A DNA stretch of 64,000 nt from Escherichia phage BYEP02, in sequence record OR757454.1; one strand, 5' to 3'. Positions within the stretch are counted from its first letter, which is position 1, and the number at the start of each line of letters is the position of its first letter. The notes beneath the pieces are model-generated. The model ran no database searches and was not told the origin of the DNA. It saw only the letters and a list, made by a program, of their open reading frames with translations. The translations under genes and the position numbers were made by a program. Positions 51,181 through 61,625 of the stretch are shown here, piece by piece.

Positions 51181-53293
51181 TTAGCCAATGTCAATCCTCG
51201 ATCCATCAATTGTGTATTGACCAGATGAAATAGAACTCATAGATGCCATTTTTTCTGTCCAATCACCACCAACGTCCCAATCAACTGTCCCAGCAACTTT
51301 CCAAGAAAGATTTCCATTTACTGTATTAGTTTGATTTCCTTCCCACCAACGTCCCAATCAACTGTCCCAGCAACTTTCCAAGAAAGATTTCCATTTACTG
51401 TATTAGTTTGATTACCTTCAACTAAAGTGGTAGCATCTCCTTTAACTGTAATGTCAGCATTACCTTCAACTACAATAGTAACATTACCTTTAACTAGGAT
51501 AGTTCCATTACCTTCAACCGTCTTAGTTTCATCGCCTCTAACAAATATCGTATTGCTTCCATCTATTTGGTGAAGACGATTATCCATGTTGTAATAAATT
51601 TCTGATCCACCGACGTTAGTCTTTTTATCGCCGGCTACCAAAAAATTACCATCAGCATTTGTTATATCATACAAATTATCAACAGTTTTTCTTGTTCTTC
51701 TTCCTGACCGGCTACCAAAAAATTACCATCAGCATTGGTTATATCATACAAATTATCAACAGTTTTTCTTGTTCTTCTTCCTGACGGTGATACTTCCTCA
51801 TACGTTCCAGTCGGATGAACTAATCTGTATCGTTCTTGCCCAGGGGTATCATCAAATTCCTGAATATGCCCACTTTCAGTTTCCATTGTATGCACATAAG
51901 GATATTCGCCTTTATATGAAGAAACTGGTTCTTTGAATAAAATTCTCGAGTCATTTGGAATAGGAGGGTCAGCCGGGTCAGAAGACTTTGCTACAGTAGC
52001 AGCCATTGCTGACAAAGACCTAGCCGGTGTTTTCACTTCAATACCGTATGATTCTCAGAAGATTTAGCTACAGTCGCAGCCATTGCCGATAAAGACCTAG
52101 CTGGAGTTTTCACTTCAACACCATATGATTCCAAATTCCCCGTAAGAATAATCATGGTAACACGGGATGCACGGCCTTTTGTTTGTTGATACCACAATGA
52201 ATCACGACCGGCTTTATATGCTTTTTCCCAATCTCCTGCTAACATAGCAGTTAACATTGTGTTAAATTTAGCTACACCGCCAACACCCATCTGAAATGCC
52301 ATATTTTCTAATGCCATTTGGCGAGAACGGTTGACAGCTTGCCAGACTGGTCCTACTTTAGAATGTGATTTAATGTCGCGTTGCATATCAGCCAAATCAC
52401 GTTCAAATAGAGTCGTCGCTTCTTCCATTGTAATAGAACCTGGATTTCCGGTAATTTCACGACCAACTTGTTTTGATAAAACTTTATTAATTTGGGCCAT
52501 ATCACGAACTGGCTGCTTCATGATAAGATGACCAATACCAATTGTCGGATATCCTTCAGTATCCCAATAAACTTTTAGTCTTAATCCTTCATCACGGCGA
52601 AGCATTTCAGCCATTGACATATTTGGATTATCATCAGTTGGAATCTCTGATAGTGGTCTATCATCGGGTCACGGCGAAGCATTTCAGCCATTGACATATT
52701 TGGATTATCATCAGTTGGAATCTCTGATAGTGGTCTATCATCGGGATTTATTGCGGTGTCTAAGTTACTATCTTGAATAACATTAGAAGAGGAATCATAT
52801 CCTACATCACCACCTTGGTTTAATACGTTCGTATCATTTCCTAAACGTCTAGGATATTGCCCAGTTGGGTCAGAAAATCCTTCAAGTCTATTCGGTTTTT
52901 CGCGAACTATTCCACCATACGTGCCAAGGACAATTCCGTTAGTTTTCCATTTGTCTAAAAAATGACCATAAACTCTAGTTCCTTCTACCGGTCCAGTAAC
53001 AGAACCTCCAATTCCAGACATTGCTGCAGAAGTTATAGGTTGAATAACTGACATCCATGGTAATTTTTCAGTTGGAATACCCATTACATCACCTTGCGCT
53101 CTTTGTGGTGGATGCAGACCAACCACACGAACACGAACACGACCTAATTTTAATGGGTCCATTCTATCTTCAACAACACCAACAAACCAATTGAACCAAC
53201 CACACGAACACGAACACGACCTAATTTTAATGGGTCCATTCTATCTTCAACAACACCAACAAACCAGTTGAGGTTATTACTTATCATTTCCAT
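51181..53293 (-). CDS. 5: baseplate hub + tail lysozyme gp5, five 77-nt duplications inside
   Basis: MEMISNNLNWFVGVVED start; lysozyme domain MSMAEMLRRDEGLRLKVYWDTEGYPTIGIGHL; VxGxxx beta-helix repeats; C-terminus SGQYTIDGSRIDIG; 575 aa + 5 x 77. Confidence 0.9.
51266..51419. repeat. 77-nt tandem duplication
   Basis: Adjacent copies; gene 5 beta-helix region. Confidence 0.85.
51631..51784. repeat. 77-nt tandem duplication
   Basis: Adjacent copies; in gene 5. Confidence 0.85.
51980..52133. repeat. 77-nt tandem duplication
   Basis: Adjacent copies with many third-position differences; in gene 5. Confidence 0.85.
52591..52744. repeat. 77-nt tandem duplication
   Basis: Adjacent copies; gene 5 lysozyme-domain start. 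Confidence 0.85.
53118..53271. repeat. 77-nt tandem duplication
   Basis: Adjacent copies; gene 5 N-terminal region. Confidence 0.85.
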
Positions 53294-54021
53294 AAGATTT
53301 CTCCATTATACGTATAAGGTCGTTCATAAATGAATTGATGTCTGATTTTGCTATTATTTTTATTTGACGAAGTTTTTCATTTTCAAGAACAGCAGCTTCA
53401 TACGTATCGACCGCAGCAAGTGCTCCTTCATATTGAGGATATTTTCTAGCTTTATCGCCTTTAGAACAGCAGCTTCATACGTATCGACCGCAGCAAGTGC
53501 TCCTTCATATTGAGGATATTTTCTAGCTTTATCACCTTTGTCATACCAAACATATGGATTATCATCGTATGATATTAAATTATAAAATTTTTCACCATTC
53601 TCATTCACATGATATACTATTTGGTCTCCACCTACGTTTTTGTATTTTTGTATAGATGCTTGATAAGCAGCTTCTTGCGAAGTAATCCATCCATAATACG
53701 GATCATAATTATCATTACACATCAATAAAACCCAATACAACTGGCAGCTTCTTGCGAAGTAATCCATCCATAATACGGATCATAATTATCATTACACATC
53801 AATAAAACCCAATACAACTGCGGATTTCCATATATAGTATTTGCTAATTCTTCCGGGCGTGGTGAACCTTTAATATAATAAGTACGTAAGCGGTATCCCG
53901 CAAGAGCGCGTTTAAAATAGTCTTTATAGTTTCTAAAAATATCTGTCATAGGAATAGTCGGCGCGTTTTTATTCACCGTTTTGGCCGCATATTCAATCGG
54001 ATCAAAAAATGTAAAGAGCAT
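53277..54021 (-). CDS. 53: baseplate wedge protein gp53, two 77-nt duplications inside
   Basis: 196 aa + 154 nt; C-terminus ...IRIMEKSYGNDK overlaps gp5 start; late promoter upstream. Confidence 0.8.
53387..53540. repeat. 77-nt tandem duplication
   Basis: Adjacent copies; in gene 53. Confidence 0.85.
53667..53820. repeat. 77-nt tandem duplication
   Basis: Adjacent copies; in gene 53. Confidence 0.85.
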
Positions 54022-54034
54022 GGGCCCTCCTGTT

Positions 54035-54042
54035 TATAAATA
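54035..54042 (+). promoter_or_regulatory. late promoter core TATAAATA (gene 4)
   Basis: Exact motif 27 nt upstream of gp4 ATG. Confidence 0.6.
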
Positions 54043-54049
54043 TATTATC

Positions 54050-54057
54050 TATTTATA
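54050..54057 (-). promoter_or_regulatory. late promoter core TATAAATA (gene 53)
   Basis: Reverse-strand motif 29 nt upstream of gp53 ATG; divergent from the gene 4 promoter. Confidence 0.6.
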
Positions 54058-54068
54058 AGGAGAATCCA

Positions 54069-54521
54069 ATGGCATATTCTGGAAAATGGGTTCCTAAAAA
54101 TATATCAAAATATAGAGGTGACCCTAAAAAAATTACGTATAGATCAAATTGGGAAAAATTCTTTTTTGAATGGTTAGATAAAAATCCAGAAATTATTGCA
54201 TGGGGTAGTGAAACAGCAGTAATTCCTTATTTTTGTAATGCAGAAGGGAAAAAACGTAGATACTTCATGGATATTTGGATGAAAGATTCTTCTGGACAAG
54301 AATTTTTTATTGAAATAAAGCCTAAAAAAGAAACACAACCACCAGTTAAACCAGCACATCTAACAACTGCAGCGAAGAAAAGATTTATGAATGAAATTTA
54401 TACATATTCCGTTAATACTGACAAATGGAAAGCAGCTCAAGCTTTAGCTGAAAAGCGTGGAATAAAATTTAGAATTCTAACAGAAGATGGATTACGAGCT
54501 CTTGGCTTTAAGGGGGCATAA
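54069..54521 (+). CDS. 4: head completion protein gp4 (150 aa)
   Basis: 150 aa; divergent from gp53; TATAAATA 27 nt upstream. Confidence 0.8.
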   Translation: MAYSGKWVPKNISKYRGDPKKITYRSNWEKFFFEWLDKNPEIIAWGSETAVIPYFCNAEGKKRRYFMDIWMKDSSGQEFFIEIKPKKETQPPVKPAHLTTAAKKRFMNEIYTYSVNTDKWKAAQALAEKRGIKFRILTEDGLRALGFKGA

Positions 54522-55422
54522 TGGCTATTTTTCAAATAATTAATGAAAGCACTCCCCAAGTTCCAAAGGTTAAGCAATCATTAAACGAAAAGAAATGGAT
54601 TCAGATAGGTCTTGAATACAGAAAGGCCAAAGCAAAAGGAATGACAGGAAAGCAATTTGCTGAAGAAAGAGGAATCAAATACTCTACGTTTACTTCGGCA
54701 ATGTCAAAATATGCTTCAGGAATTAAAACGGCTGAAAAGATTCAAAAGCTTGAATCAAAACCAATGAATAAACTCAATAAGCAAGAAAGACAACTGCTTA
54801 TGATAAATTCATTCAGGCAAACATTGCGTGATAAAATTCGTAATGAAGGTGCAGCAATTAATAATAAAACCAGAAAGTGGTTTGCTGAAACTATTAAGCA
54901 AGTAAAAGGACATAAAGTTGTTCGCCCGCAGCCGGGACGAATATATGCTTTTGCTTATGATGCTAAACACAAGGAAACTCTTCCTTACTGGGATAAATTT
55001 CCTTTGATAATTTACCTTGGTTTAGGTAAACATAATTTAATGTACACAAGGAAACTCTTCCTTACTGGGATAAATTTCCTTTGATAATTTACCTTGGTTT
55101 AGGTAAGCATAATTTAATGTACGGATTGAACTTGCACTATATTCCACCTAAAGCTCGTCAGCAATTCCTAGAAGAGCTTTTAAAGCAATATGCAAATACA
55201 CCTACTATTACTAATAAAACGAAATTAAAAATTGATTGGAGTCAAGTGAAAGGATTTAGGGGTGCAGACCAAATGATTAAGGCATATATACCTGGTAATA
55301 TTATGGGTAGCCTTGTTGAAATCGCCCCGAAAGACTGGGCGAACGTTGTGTTAATGCCACTTCAGCAGTTCGTTTCAAAAGGAAAACGTTTCTCTGCAAA
55401 CAAAGTCTGGTCAAATATCTAA
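54521..55422 (+). CDS. 2: DNA end-protector protein gp2, one 77-nt duplication inside
   Basis: 274 aa + 77 nt; gene order 4-2-3-1. Confidence 0.7.
54969..55122. repeat. 77-nt tandem duplication
   Basis: Adjacent copies, 1 mismatch; in gene 2. Confidence 0.85.
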
Positions 55423-55573
55423 TTCTATTATCTTCCATTCTTTTCTATTGTTTGTTCTAATTGGAATTGAATGGAAGGGACTTAGACCCATTATACTAAT
55501 TCTATTATCTTCCATTCTTTTCTGTTGTTTGTTCTAAATGGAATTGAATGGAAGGGACTTAGACCCATTATAC
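55420..55573. repeat. 77-nt tandem duplication
   Basis: Adjacent copies; gene 2 stop and the 2-3 intergenic region. Confidence 0.85.
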
Positions 55574-55605
55574 CACCAACAGTTATAAAGCATTATGAGG
55601 AATAT

Positions 55606-56213
55606 ATGTCGCAAGCACTACAACAAATTTTTAACCAAGCAAATACAACTAACTTTGTAGTATCAATACCGCATAGTAATACTACATCTGCTTTTACTTT
55701 AAATGCTCAGTCAGTTCCTATTCCGGGAATTAGGTAGTATCAATACCACATAGTAATACTACATCTGCTTTTACTTTAAATGCTCAGTCAGTTCCTATTC
55801 CAGGAATTAGAATACCTGTTACTGATACCGTGACTGGGCCGTTTGGACTGGGCCGAGCACAGCGTCCAGGTGTTACATTTGAGTATGATCCACTCATTGT
55901 GAGATTTATAGTTGATGAAGAACTTAAGTCGTGGATAGGAATGTATGAATGGATGCTAGGAACTAGCAACTATCTTACAGGTGAAAATACTGCTCAAAAA
56001 ACAGGTCCTGAATACATTACGCTTTACATCTTAGATAATAGTAAAACTGAAATCGTGATGTCAATAAATTTTTATAAGCCTTGGGTTTCTGACCTGTCTG
56101 AAGTAGAATTTAGCTACACGGAAGATTCAGACCCAGCTTTAGTATGTACAGCAACGATTCCTTATACGTATTTTCAAGTAGAAAAAGATGGCAAAATTAT
56201 AGCAGAAGTTTAA
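55606..56213 (+). CDS. 3: tail completion / sheath stabiliser gp3, one 77-nt duplication inside
   Basis: 176 aa + 77 nt; GAGGAA RBS; gene order. Confidence 0.7.
55657..55810. repeat. 77-nt tandem duplication
   Basis: Adjacent copies; in gene 3. Confidence 0.85.
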
Positions 56214-56247
56214 TGCTTCAGTTTCATGTGTTATAATCTTAACTAAA

Positions 56248-56401
56248 TTTGAGGAGAAACATATGAAACTAATCTTTTTAAGTGGTGTAAAGCGTAGTGG
56301 AAAAGATACTACTGCAGATTTTATTTTGAGGAGAAACACATGAAACTAATCTTTTTAAGCGGTGTAAAGCGTAGTGGAAAAGATACTACTGCTGATTTTA
56401 T
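56248..56401. repeat. 77-nt tandem duplication
   Basis: Adjacent copies, 3 mismatches; duplicates gene 1 RBS and start. Confidence 0.9.
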
Positions 56402-57052
56402 CATGAGCAATTATTCTGCAGTTAAATACCAACTTGCTGGTCCTATTAAGGATGCATTGGCTTATGCATGGGGAGTATTTGCAGCAAACACTGACTATCC
56501 TTGCTTAACTCGTAAAGAGTTTGAAGGAATTGACTATGATCGTGAGACTAATTTAAATCTGACTAAATTAGAAGTAATTACGATTATGGAACAAGCATTT
56601 TGCTATCTTAATAGTAAAAGCCCAATTAAAGGTGTGTTTGTTTTTGATGACGCAGTTAATTTCGTAGCATTTAACAAGATTGCTGACGTTATAAATAATA
56701 TTGAAGATCAATGGTCAGTCCGTCGTCTGATGCAAGCCCTAGGTACGGATTTGATTGTTAATAACTTCGACCGCATGTATTGGGTAAAATTATTTGCTTT
56801 AGATTATCTTGATAAATTTAACTCAGGTTATGATTATTATATCGTTCCTGATACTCGTCAAGATCATGAAATGGATGCGGCTAGGGCGATGGGTGCTACA
56901 GTAATTCATGTAGTTCGTCCTGGTCAAAAATCCAATGATACTCATATTACAGAAGCTGGATTGCCAATTCGTGATGGTGATTTAGTAATTACAAACGATG
57001 GTTCTCTTGAAGAACTTTTTTCTAAAATTAAAAATACACTAAAGGTACTATA

Positions 57053-57053
<1 letters not shown>
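56340..57053 (+). CDS. 1: deoxynucleoside monophosphate kinase gp1
   Basis: P-loop LSGVKRSGKDT; recognised gp1-like translation; duplicated upstream start copy at 56263 dead-ends after 26 codons. Confidence 0.88.
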
Positions 57054-57904
<851 letters not shown>

Positions 57905-57916
57905 TTTCACAAAGTT

Positions 57917-57947
57917 GTTTACACGTTGATGAGGTAGTGATACTATT
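57917..57947 (+). promoter_or_regulatory. T4-early-type promoter (GTTTAC, 18 nt, TACTAT) upstream of ipI
   Basis: -35 GTTTAC with conserved upstream TTCACAAAGTTG; -10 TACTAT. Confidence 0.5.
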
Positions 57948-57976
57948 ATCTCATCAAAATTAATTAGGAAAATAAA

Positions 57977-58341
57977 ATGAAAACTTTCAAAGAGTTTACT
58001 ACAAAAACTACCCCGGTTTCTACTATTACTGAAGCTACTCTTACTTCTGAAGTTATTAAAGCAAATAAAGGACGAGAAGGTAAACCAATGATTAGTTTGG
58101 TTGATGGCGAAGAAATCAAAGGTACTGTTTACCTAGGTGATGGGTGGTCTGCTAAAAAGGATGGTGCTACAATCTGGTTGATGGCGAAGAAATCAAAGGT
58201 ACTGTTTACCTAGGTGATGGGTGGTCTGCTAAAAAGGATGGTGCTACAATCGTTATCTCTCCTGCTGAAGAAACTGCGTTGTTTAAAGCTAAACACATTT
58301 CTGCGGCACATCTCAAGATTATTGCTAAAAATCTTTTGTAA
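57977..58341 (+). CDS. ipI: internal protein I (capsid-packaged, injected), one 77-nt duplication inside
   Basis: MKTFKEFTTKTTPVSTITEA|TLTSEVIKANKGREGKPMISLVDGEEIKGTVYLGDGWSAKKDGATIVISPAEETALF...; capsid-targeting N-terminus with gp21-type L/I-x-E site. Confidence 0.8.
58100..58253. repeat. 77-nt tandem duplication
   Basis: Adjacent copies; in ipI. Confidence 0.85.
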
Positions 58342-58359
58342 TAAATATTTCACAAAGTT

Positions 58360-58389
58360 GTTTACATAGGGTTTTAGTTGTGATACTAT
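58360..58389 (+). promoter_or_regulatory. T4-early-type promoter upstream of the membrane-protein ORF
   Basis: Near-identical to the 57917 promoter (TTCACAAAGTTGTTTACA ... GTGATACTATTA). Confidence 0.5.
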
Positions 58390-58417
58390 TACCCTATCAA
58401 CTACTGAGGAGAATAAA

Positions 58418-58680
58418 ATGAAACGTTGTGAATTAATTCGAAATGTTGCTATTGCAATTTCTGCTTCTGCTTTTAGTTTTTCAATGTTTGTTGGATTTAT
58501 ATGTGGATTATTAACTACAGCAGAAAATGTGTTTTCACTTGTAGTAGCATTTTTAATTGGTTTAATGTTGGATTTATATGTGGATTATTAACTACAGCAG
58601 AAAATGTGTTTTCACTTGTAGTAGCATTTTTAATTGGTTTAATTGCTGTCGTTATGGATAAAATTTCTAAAGGTGAATAG
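58418..58680 (+). CDS. small hydrophobic (membrane) protein, one 77-nt duplication inside
   Basis: MKRCELIRNVAIAISASAFSFSMFVGFICGLL...; two predicted TM stretches; early promoter upstream. Confidence 0.45.
58490..58643. repeat. 77-nt tandem duplication
   Basis: Adjacent copies; in small membrane-protein ORF. Confidence 0.85.
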
Positions 58681-58681
58681 A

Positions 58682-59065
58682 ATGTATAAAGTGTACGCGG
58701 ATTATCAGGCTAATCCATCTGAAAAGCCAGGTTGTCAAATTGGATGGGCTCATGATACTTTGCTTGAAGCAGTAGATGCTGCTCAAAAATTAGGATATAA
58801 ATATGTAGAGATTGTTCAACTACCATCAGGAACAGTTATTACTCTTGAAGAGTTCAATAACATTAAACCAAACTTTTTACTTTTTGCAGGTGATAATTAT
58901 TATCCTCGTGGTGGATATGCTGATTTAATCGCGAAAGCCGCTACTGAAGATGAACTTCGTGATATTATCAAAGAAAATGAAAACAAACCGATGTATGGTT
59001 CTAATCGCTTTGATTGGTGGCAAATTGTAAATGCCCATACTCATACTATTGTTGATGAAGGTTGA
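58682..59065 (+). CDS. hypothetical protein (127 aa)
   Basis: ORF with AAAGGTGAA RBS (the track's upstream start at 58643 is less likely). Confidence 0.5.
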   Translation: MYKVYADYQANPSEKPGCQIGWAHDTLLEAVDAAQKLGYKYVEIVQLPSGTVITLEEFNNIKPNFLLFAGDNYYPRGGYADLIAKAATEDELRDIIKENENKPMYGSNRFDWWQIVNAHTHTIVDEG

Positions 59066-59355
59066 TAATGATTCTTTATGCTAAAGTATCATCCATTGAA
59101 AATGGATATAAATATGATCAAGAAGCAGTTAAAGCCTTGATTGATGATTATGGCATTTTAACATGTTTTGAAGTTGAAAAGGTTTATGTTGACCGTTCAT
59201 CTTCTCAAGTTAAATTAGTGAAGGAAGACCGTAAATTTAATACAGTAAATTTTGATTTCTTTATTGAAACAGAAAAAGGTCCTCTTGAATATGATATTTT
59301 CAAGAATCCTTTGGGTCTTGAATGCATCGTAAATATGTATTATCATAAATGGTAA
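59062..59355 (+). CDS. hypothetical protein (97 aa)
   Basis: ORF overlapping previous stop (ATGA). Confidence 0.5.
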   Translation: MIMILYAKVSSIENGYKYDQEAVKALIDDYGILTCFEVEKVYVDRSSSQVKLVKEDRKFNTVNFDFFIETEKGPLEYDIFKNPLGLECIVNMYYHKW

Positions 59356-59506
59356 ATATGCTTTAAGAATTATTTGTTATTATTAACTCATATCGCACTG
59401 ATTAATACCCTCTATCATCAAGGGTTCTTTAAATATGCTTTAAGAATTATTTGTTATTATTAACTCATACCGCACTGATTAATACCCTCTATCATCAAGG
59501 GTTCTT
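59353..59506. repeat. 77-nt tandem duplication
   Basis: Period 77 verified; intergenic, duplicates the MotA-box promoter. Confidence 0.9.
59436..59460 (+). promoter_or_regulatory. candidate MotA-dependent middle promoter upstream of the HNH gene
   Basis: MotA-box-like ATGCTTTA followed about 12 nt later by TATTAT; an identical copy at 59359-59383 lies in a 77-nt duplicate. Confidence 0.4.
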
Positions 59507-59542
59507 GTTTGAGAGCCTTTGTTAATAATTGGGAATCATATT

Positions 59543-60151
59543 ATGGATACTAAATTAGCTGAAATTTTTGAAGGAAAACATCCAAATTTTAGTACAGGAA
59601 AGCTGAAAGATAAAATAATAAAAGAAAATATTTTTCCATATGAGTGTGCAATTTGTAAAATTTCAAAATGGCAAAATAAGCATATTGTTCTGCAATTAGA
59701 CCATATTGACGGAAATAACAAAAATCATCTTAAATCAAATTTAAGATTATTATGTCCAAATTGCCATTCGCAAACTGATACTTTTGCTGGTAAAAATATT
59801 AAAAATAATAAAAAGCGTTATAATGTTAGTGATGAAGAAATTTTAAACGCATTATTAAATTCTGCTACTATATCATCTGCAATTACTTCATTAGGTTTAA
59901 GTAAAGGCGGAAACTATAAAAGATTCATTAAAATTGCTAATGATAATAAATTATATCATTTACTGGTAAATATTAATGAAAACATTTTAACTGATGAAAT
60001 TTACGAAGAATTAGTTAAAATTGATTATTCTAAATTTGGATGGGTTAGTAAAGCTGCTAAAATAATAGGTATAAGCCCACAAAAAGCTAGAAAATGGATA
60101 GAACGAAAGTGTCCAGAATTGATAGAACAATCTTTTTCACGTAATAAATAA
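59543..60151 (+). CDS. HNH homing endonuclease
   Basis: HNH motif HIDGNNKNHLKSNLRLLCPNCH; sits directly upstream of the tRNA cluster; MotA-box promoter upstream. Confidence 0.75.
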   Translation: MDTKLAEIFEGKHPNFSTGKLKDKIIKENIFPYECAICKISKWQNKHIVLQLDHIDGNNKNHLKSNLRLLCPNCHSQTDTFAGKNIKNNKKRYNVSDEEILNALLNSATISSAITSLGLSKGGNYKRFIKIANDNKLYHLLVNINENILTDEIYEELVKIDYSKFGWVSKAAKIIGISPQKARKWIERKCPELIEQSFSRNK

Positions 60152-60157
60152 TATAGA

Positions 60158-60244
60158 GCGAGAATGGTCAAATTGGTAAAGGCACAGCACTTAAAATGCT
60201 GCGGAATGATTTCCTTGTGGGTTCGAGTCCCACTTCTCGCACCA
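60158..60244 (+). tRNA. tRNA-Leu (anticodon TAA), type II
   Basis: Cloverleaf read by eye: anticodon loop CTTAAAA, long variable arm, GGTTCGAGTCC T-arm, CCA encoded. Confidence 0.8.
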
Positions 60245-60249
60245 AATTT

Positions 60250-60323
<74 letters not shown>

Positions 60324-60477
60324 ATTTAATTTACTCCGTGTAGCTCAGTTTGGTAGAGCGTCTGCTTTGGGAGCAGAATGTCGCAGGTTCAAATCCTGCA
60401 ATTTAATTTACTCCGTGTAGCTCAGTTTGGTAGAGCGCCTGATTTGGGATCAGGAGGTCCAAGGTTCAAATCCTTGT
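60324..60477. repeat. 77-nt tandem duplication (diverged copies) over tRNA-Pro
   Basis: Period 77; 10 mismatches in the 3' 40 nt, arranged as compensatory pairs in the anticodon and T stems. Confidence 0.85.
60334..60400 (+). pseudogene. truncated tRNA-Pro-like copy lacking the 3' acceptor strand
   Basis: Copy 1 of a 77-nt duplication; 5' 37 nt identical to tRNA-Pro, anticodon and T stems differ by compensatory changes. Confidence 0.6.
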
Positions 60478-60484
60478 ATGGAGA
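60411..60484 (+). tRNA. tRNA-Pro (anticodon TGG)
   Basis: Acceptor CTCCGTG/TATGGAG (G-U pairs); anticodon loop TTTGGGA; T-arm GGTTCAAATCC. Confidence 0.75.
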
Positions 60485-60486
60485 CT

Positions 60487-60576
60487 GGAGGCGTGGCAGA
60501 GTGGTTTAATGCACCGGTCTTGAAAACCGGCAGTCGCTCCGGCGACTCATAGGTTCAAATCCTATCGCCTCCGCCA
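60487..60576 (+). tRNA. tRNA-Ser (anticodon TGA), type II
   Basis: Acceptor GGAGGCG/CGCCTCC; anticodon loop CTTGAAA; long variable arm; CCA encoded. Confidence 0.8.
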
Positions 60577-60685
60577 GTTTTGCTGATTTAGCTCAGTAGG
60601 TAGAGCACAGTCGCTCCGGCGACTCATAGGTTCAAATCCTATCGCCTCCGCCAGTTTTTGCTGATTTAGCTCAGTAGGTAGAGCA
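60532..60685. repeat. 77-nt tandem duplication over the tRNA-Ser/tRNA-Thr junction
   Basis: Period 77; one T indel between copies; makes a chimeric pseudo-tRNA. Confidence 0.9.
60583..60653 (+). pseudogene. chimeric tRNA fragment (Thr 5' part fused to Ser 3' half)
   Basis: Created by the 77-nt duplication at 60532-60685; no matching acceptor stem. Confidence 0.6.
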
Positions 60686-60735
60686 CCTCACTTGTAATGA
60701 GGACGTCGGCGGTTCGATTCCGTCAATCAGCACCA
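60660..60735 (+). tRNA. tRNA-Thr (anticodon TGT)
   Basis: Acceptor GCTGATT/AATCAGC; anticodon loop CTTGTAA; T-arm GGTTCGATTCC; CCA encoded. Confidence 0.8.
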
Positions 60736-60736
60736 A

Positions 60737-60811
60737 GGCCCTGTAGCTGGAAGGTTCAAGCAAGCGACTCATAATCGCCAGATGGTGGTTCAATTCCACC
60801 CAGGGCCACCA
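60737..60811 (+). tRNA. tRNA with anticodon CAT (Ile2-type or Met)
   Basis: Acceptor GGCCCTG/CAGGGCC; loop CTCATAA; T-arm GGTTCAATTCC; D-arm atypical. Confidence 0.6.
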
Positions 60812-60820
60812 AATTAATTT

Positions 60821-60907
60821 GGGGAGTTATCCCGTAGAGGTAGCGGTGTGGACTGTAAATTCATTGTCATTGCGACTCGGGTGGTTCGACTCCACCACTC
60901 CCCACCA
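60821..60907 (+). tRNA. tRNA-Tyr (anticodon GTA), type II
   Basis: Acceptor GGGGAGT/ACTCCCC; anticodon stem GTGGA/TTCAT with two G-U pairs; loop CTGTAAA; long variable arm; T-arm GGTTCGACTCC. Confidence 0.55.
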
Positions 60908-60911
60908 ATTT

Positions 60912-60986
60912 GGATGTGTAGCTCAATGGCAGAGCGATCGCCTGTTAAGCGATTGGTTATAGGTTCGAATCCTATCACGTCCGCCA
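60912..60986 (+). tRNA. tRNA-Asn (anticodon GTT)
   Basis: Acceptor GGATGTG/CACGTCC; D-arm GCTC..GAGC; anticodon stem ATCGC/GCGAT, loop CTGTTAA; T-arm GGTTCGAATCC. Confidence 0.65.
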
Positions 60987-61100
60987 AATTTGTGACAACT
61001 GTCACATTAATATCTACTTGACGCGATTATAGGGGTTGAACTGATCACTCTTCTCTTAATTTCGTGTGAAGACATCTTGATTGTTGGAGTAGGTATTAAT

Positions 61101-61176
61101 GTGGCCGTAGTTCAGTTGGTAGAACTCGAGATTGTGATTCTCGTAGTCATGGGTTCGACTCCCATCGGTCACCCCA
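61101..61176 (+). tRNA. tRNA-His (anticodon GTG)
   Basis: Acceptor GTGGCCG/CGGTCAC; anticodon stem CGAGA/TCTCG, loop TTGTGAT; T-arm GGTTCGACTCC. Confidence 0.7.
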
Positions 61177-61180
61177 ATTA

Positions 61181-61256
61181 CGGGGCATAGCTCAGAAGGA
61201 AGAGCAAGGACCTTCTAAGTCCTAGGTCGTAGGTTCGATCCCTACTGCCTCGACCA
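61181..61256 (+). tRNA. tRNA-Arg (anticodon TCT)
   Basis: Acceptor CGGGGCA/TGCCTCG; anticodon stem AGGAC/GTCCT, loop CTTCTAA; T-arm GGTTCGATCCC. Confidence 0.75.
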
Positions 61257-61274
61257 ATTATAAGTGAGGAAAAT

Positions 61275-61625
61275 ATGAAAGGTAATGTTTATTTAGTAGT
61301 TCATGATTTAACATTTTACTTCAATGAATATGAAAAACATATCTCATTTCGTGAAATTAATTTACTTTATCAACATGCGGATTATATTTATATTCAAAAC
61401 GAATTTGGTCATTGGCAATTTCTCAAAAATCGTTCATTTGGCTTAGATGGTTACGAATACTTTGAACGTAAAGACCTTTTAGATAAAATTCCGTTATCTA
61501 CGCAATATCAAAATCACAAATCTTTATATAAATGCCGTCCAATTCGAAATGTTGAATCCGCGTATGAAGCAATTGATTTATGGCGTGAACGCCGTAAACA
61601 GATTGATGCTTTAAAAGAATATTAA
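61275..61625 (+). CDS. hypothetical protein (116 aa)
   Basis: ORF with GAGGAAAA RBS directly after tRNA-Arg. Confidence 0.5.
   Translation: MKGNVYLVVHDLTFYFNEYEKHISFREINLLYQHADYIYIQNEFGHWQFLKNRSFGLDGYEYFERKDLLDKIPLSTQYQNHKSLYKCRPIRNVESAYEAIDLWRERRKQIDALKEY

Noticed and set aside
52033-52620. Stand-alone lysozyme ORF that could be taken for an endolysin
   Set aside because: It is the internal lysozyme domain of gp5, split from the rest of gp5 by 77-nt duplications; it lies in frame-continuity with the gp5 hub and beta-helix segments once the duplicates are removed.
56214-56250. Possible extended -10 promoter TGTTATAAT upstream of gene 1
   Set aside because: No acceptable -35 at proper spacing, and the element sits at the edge of a duplicated segment; not supportable.
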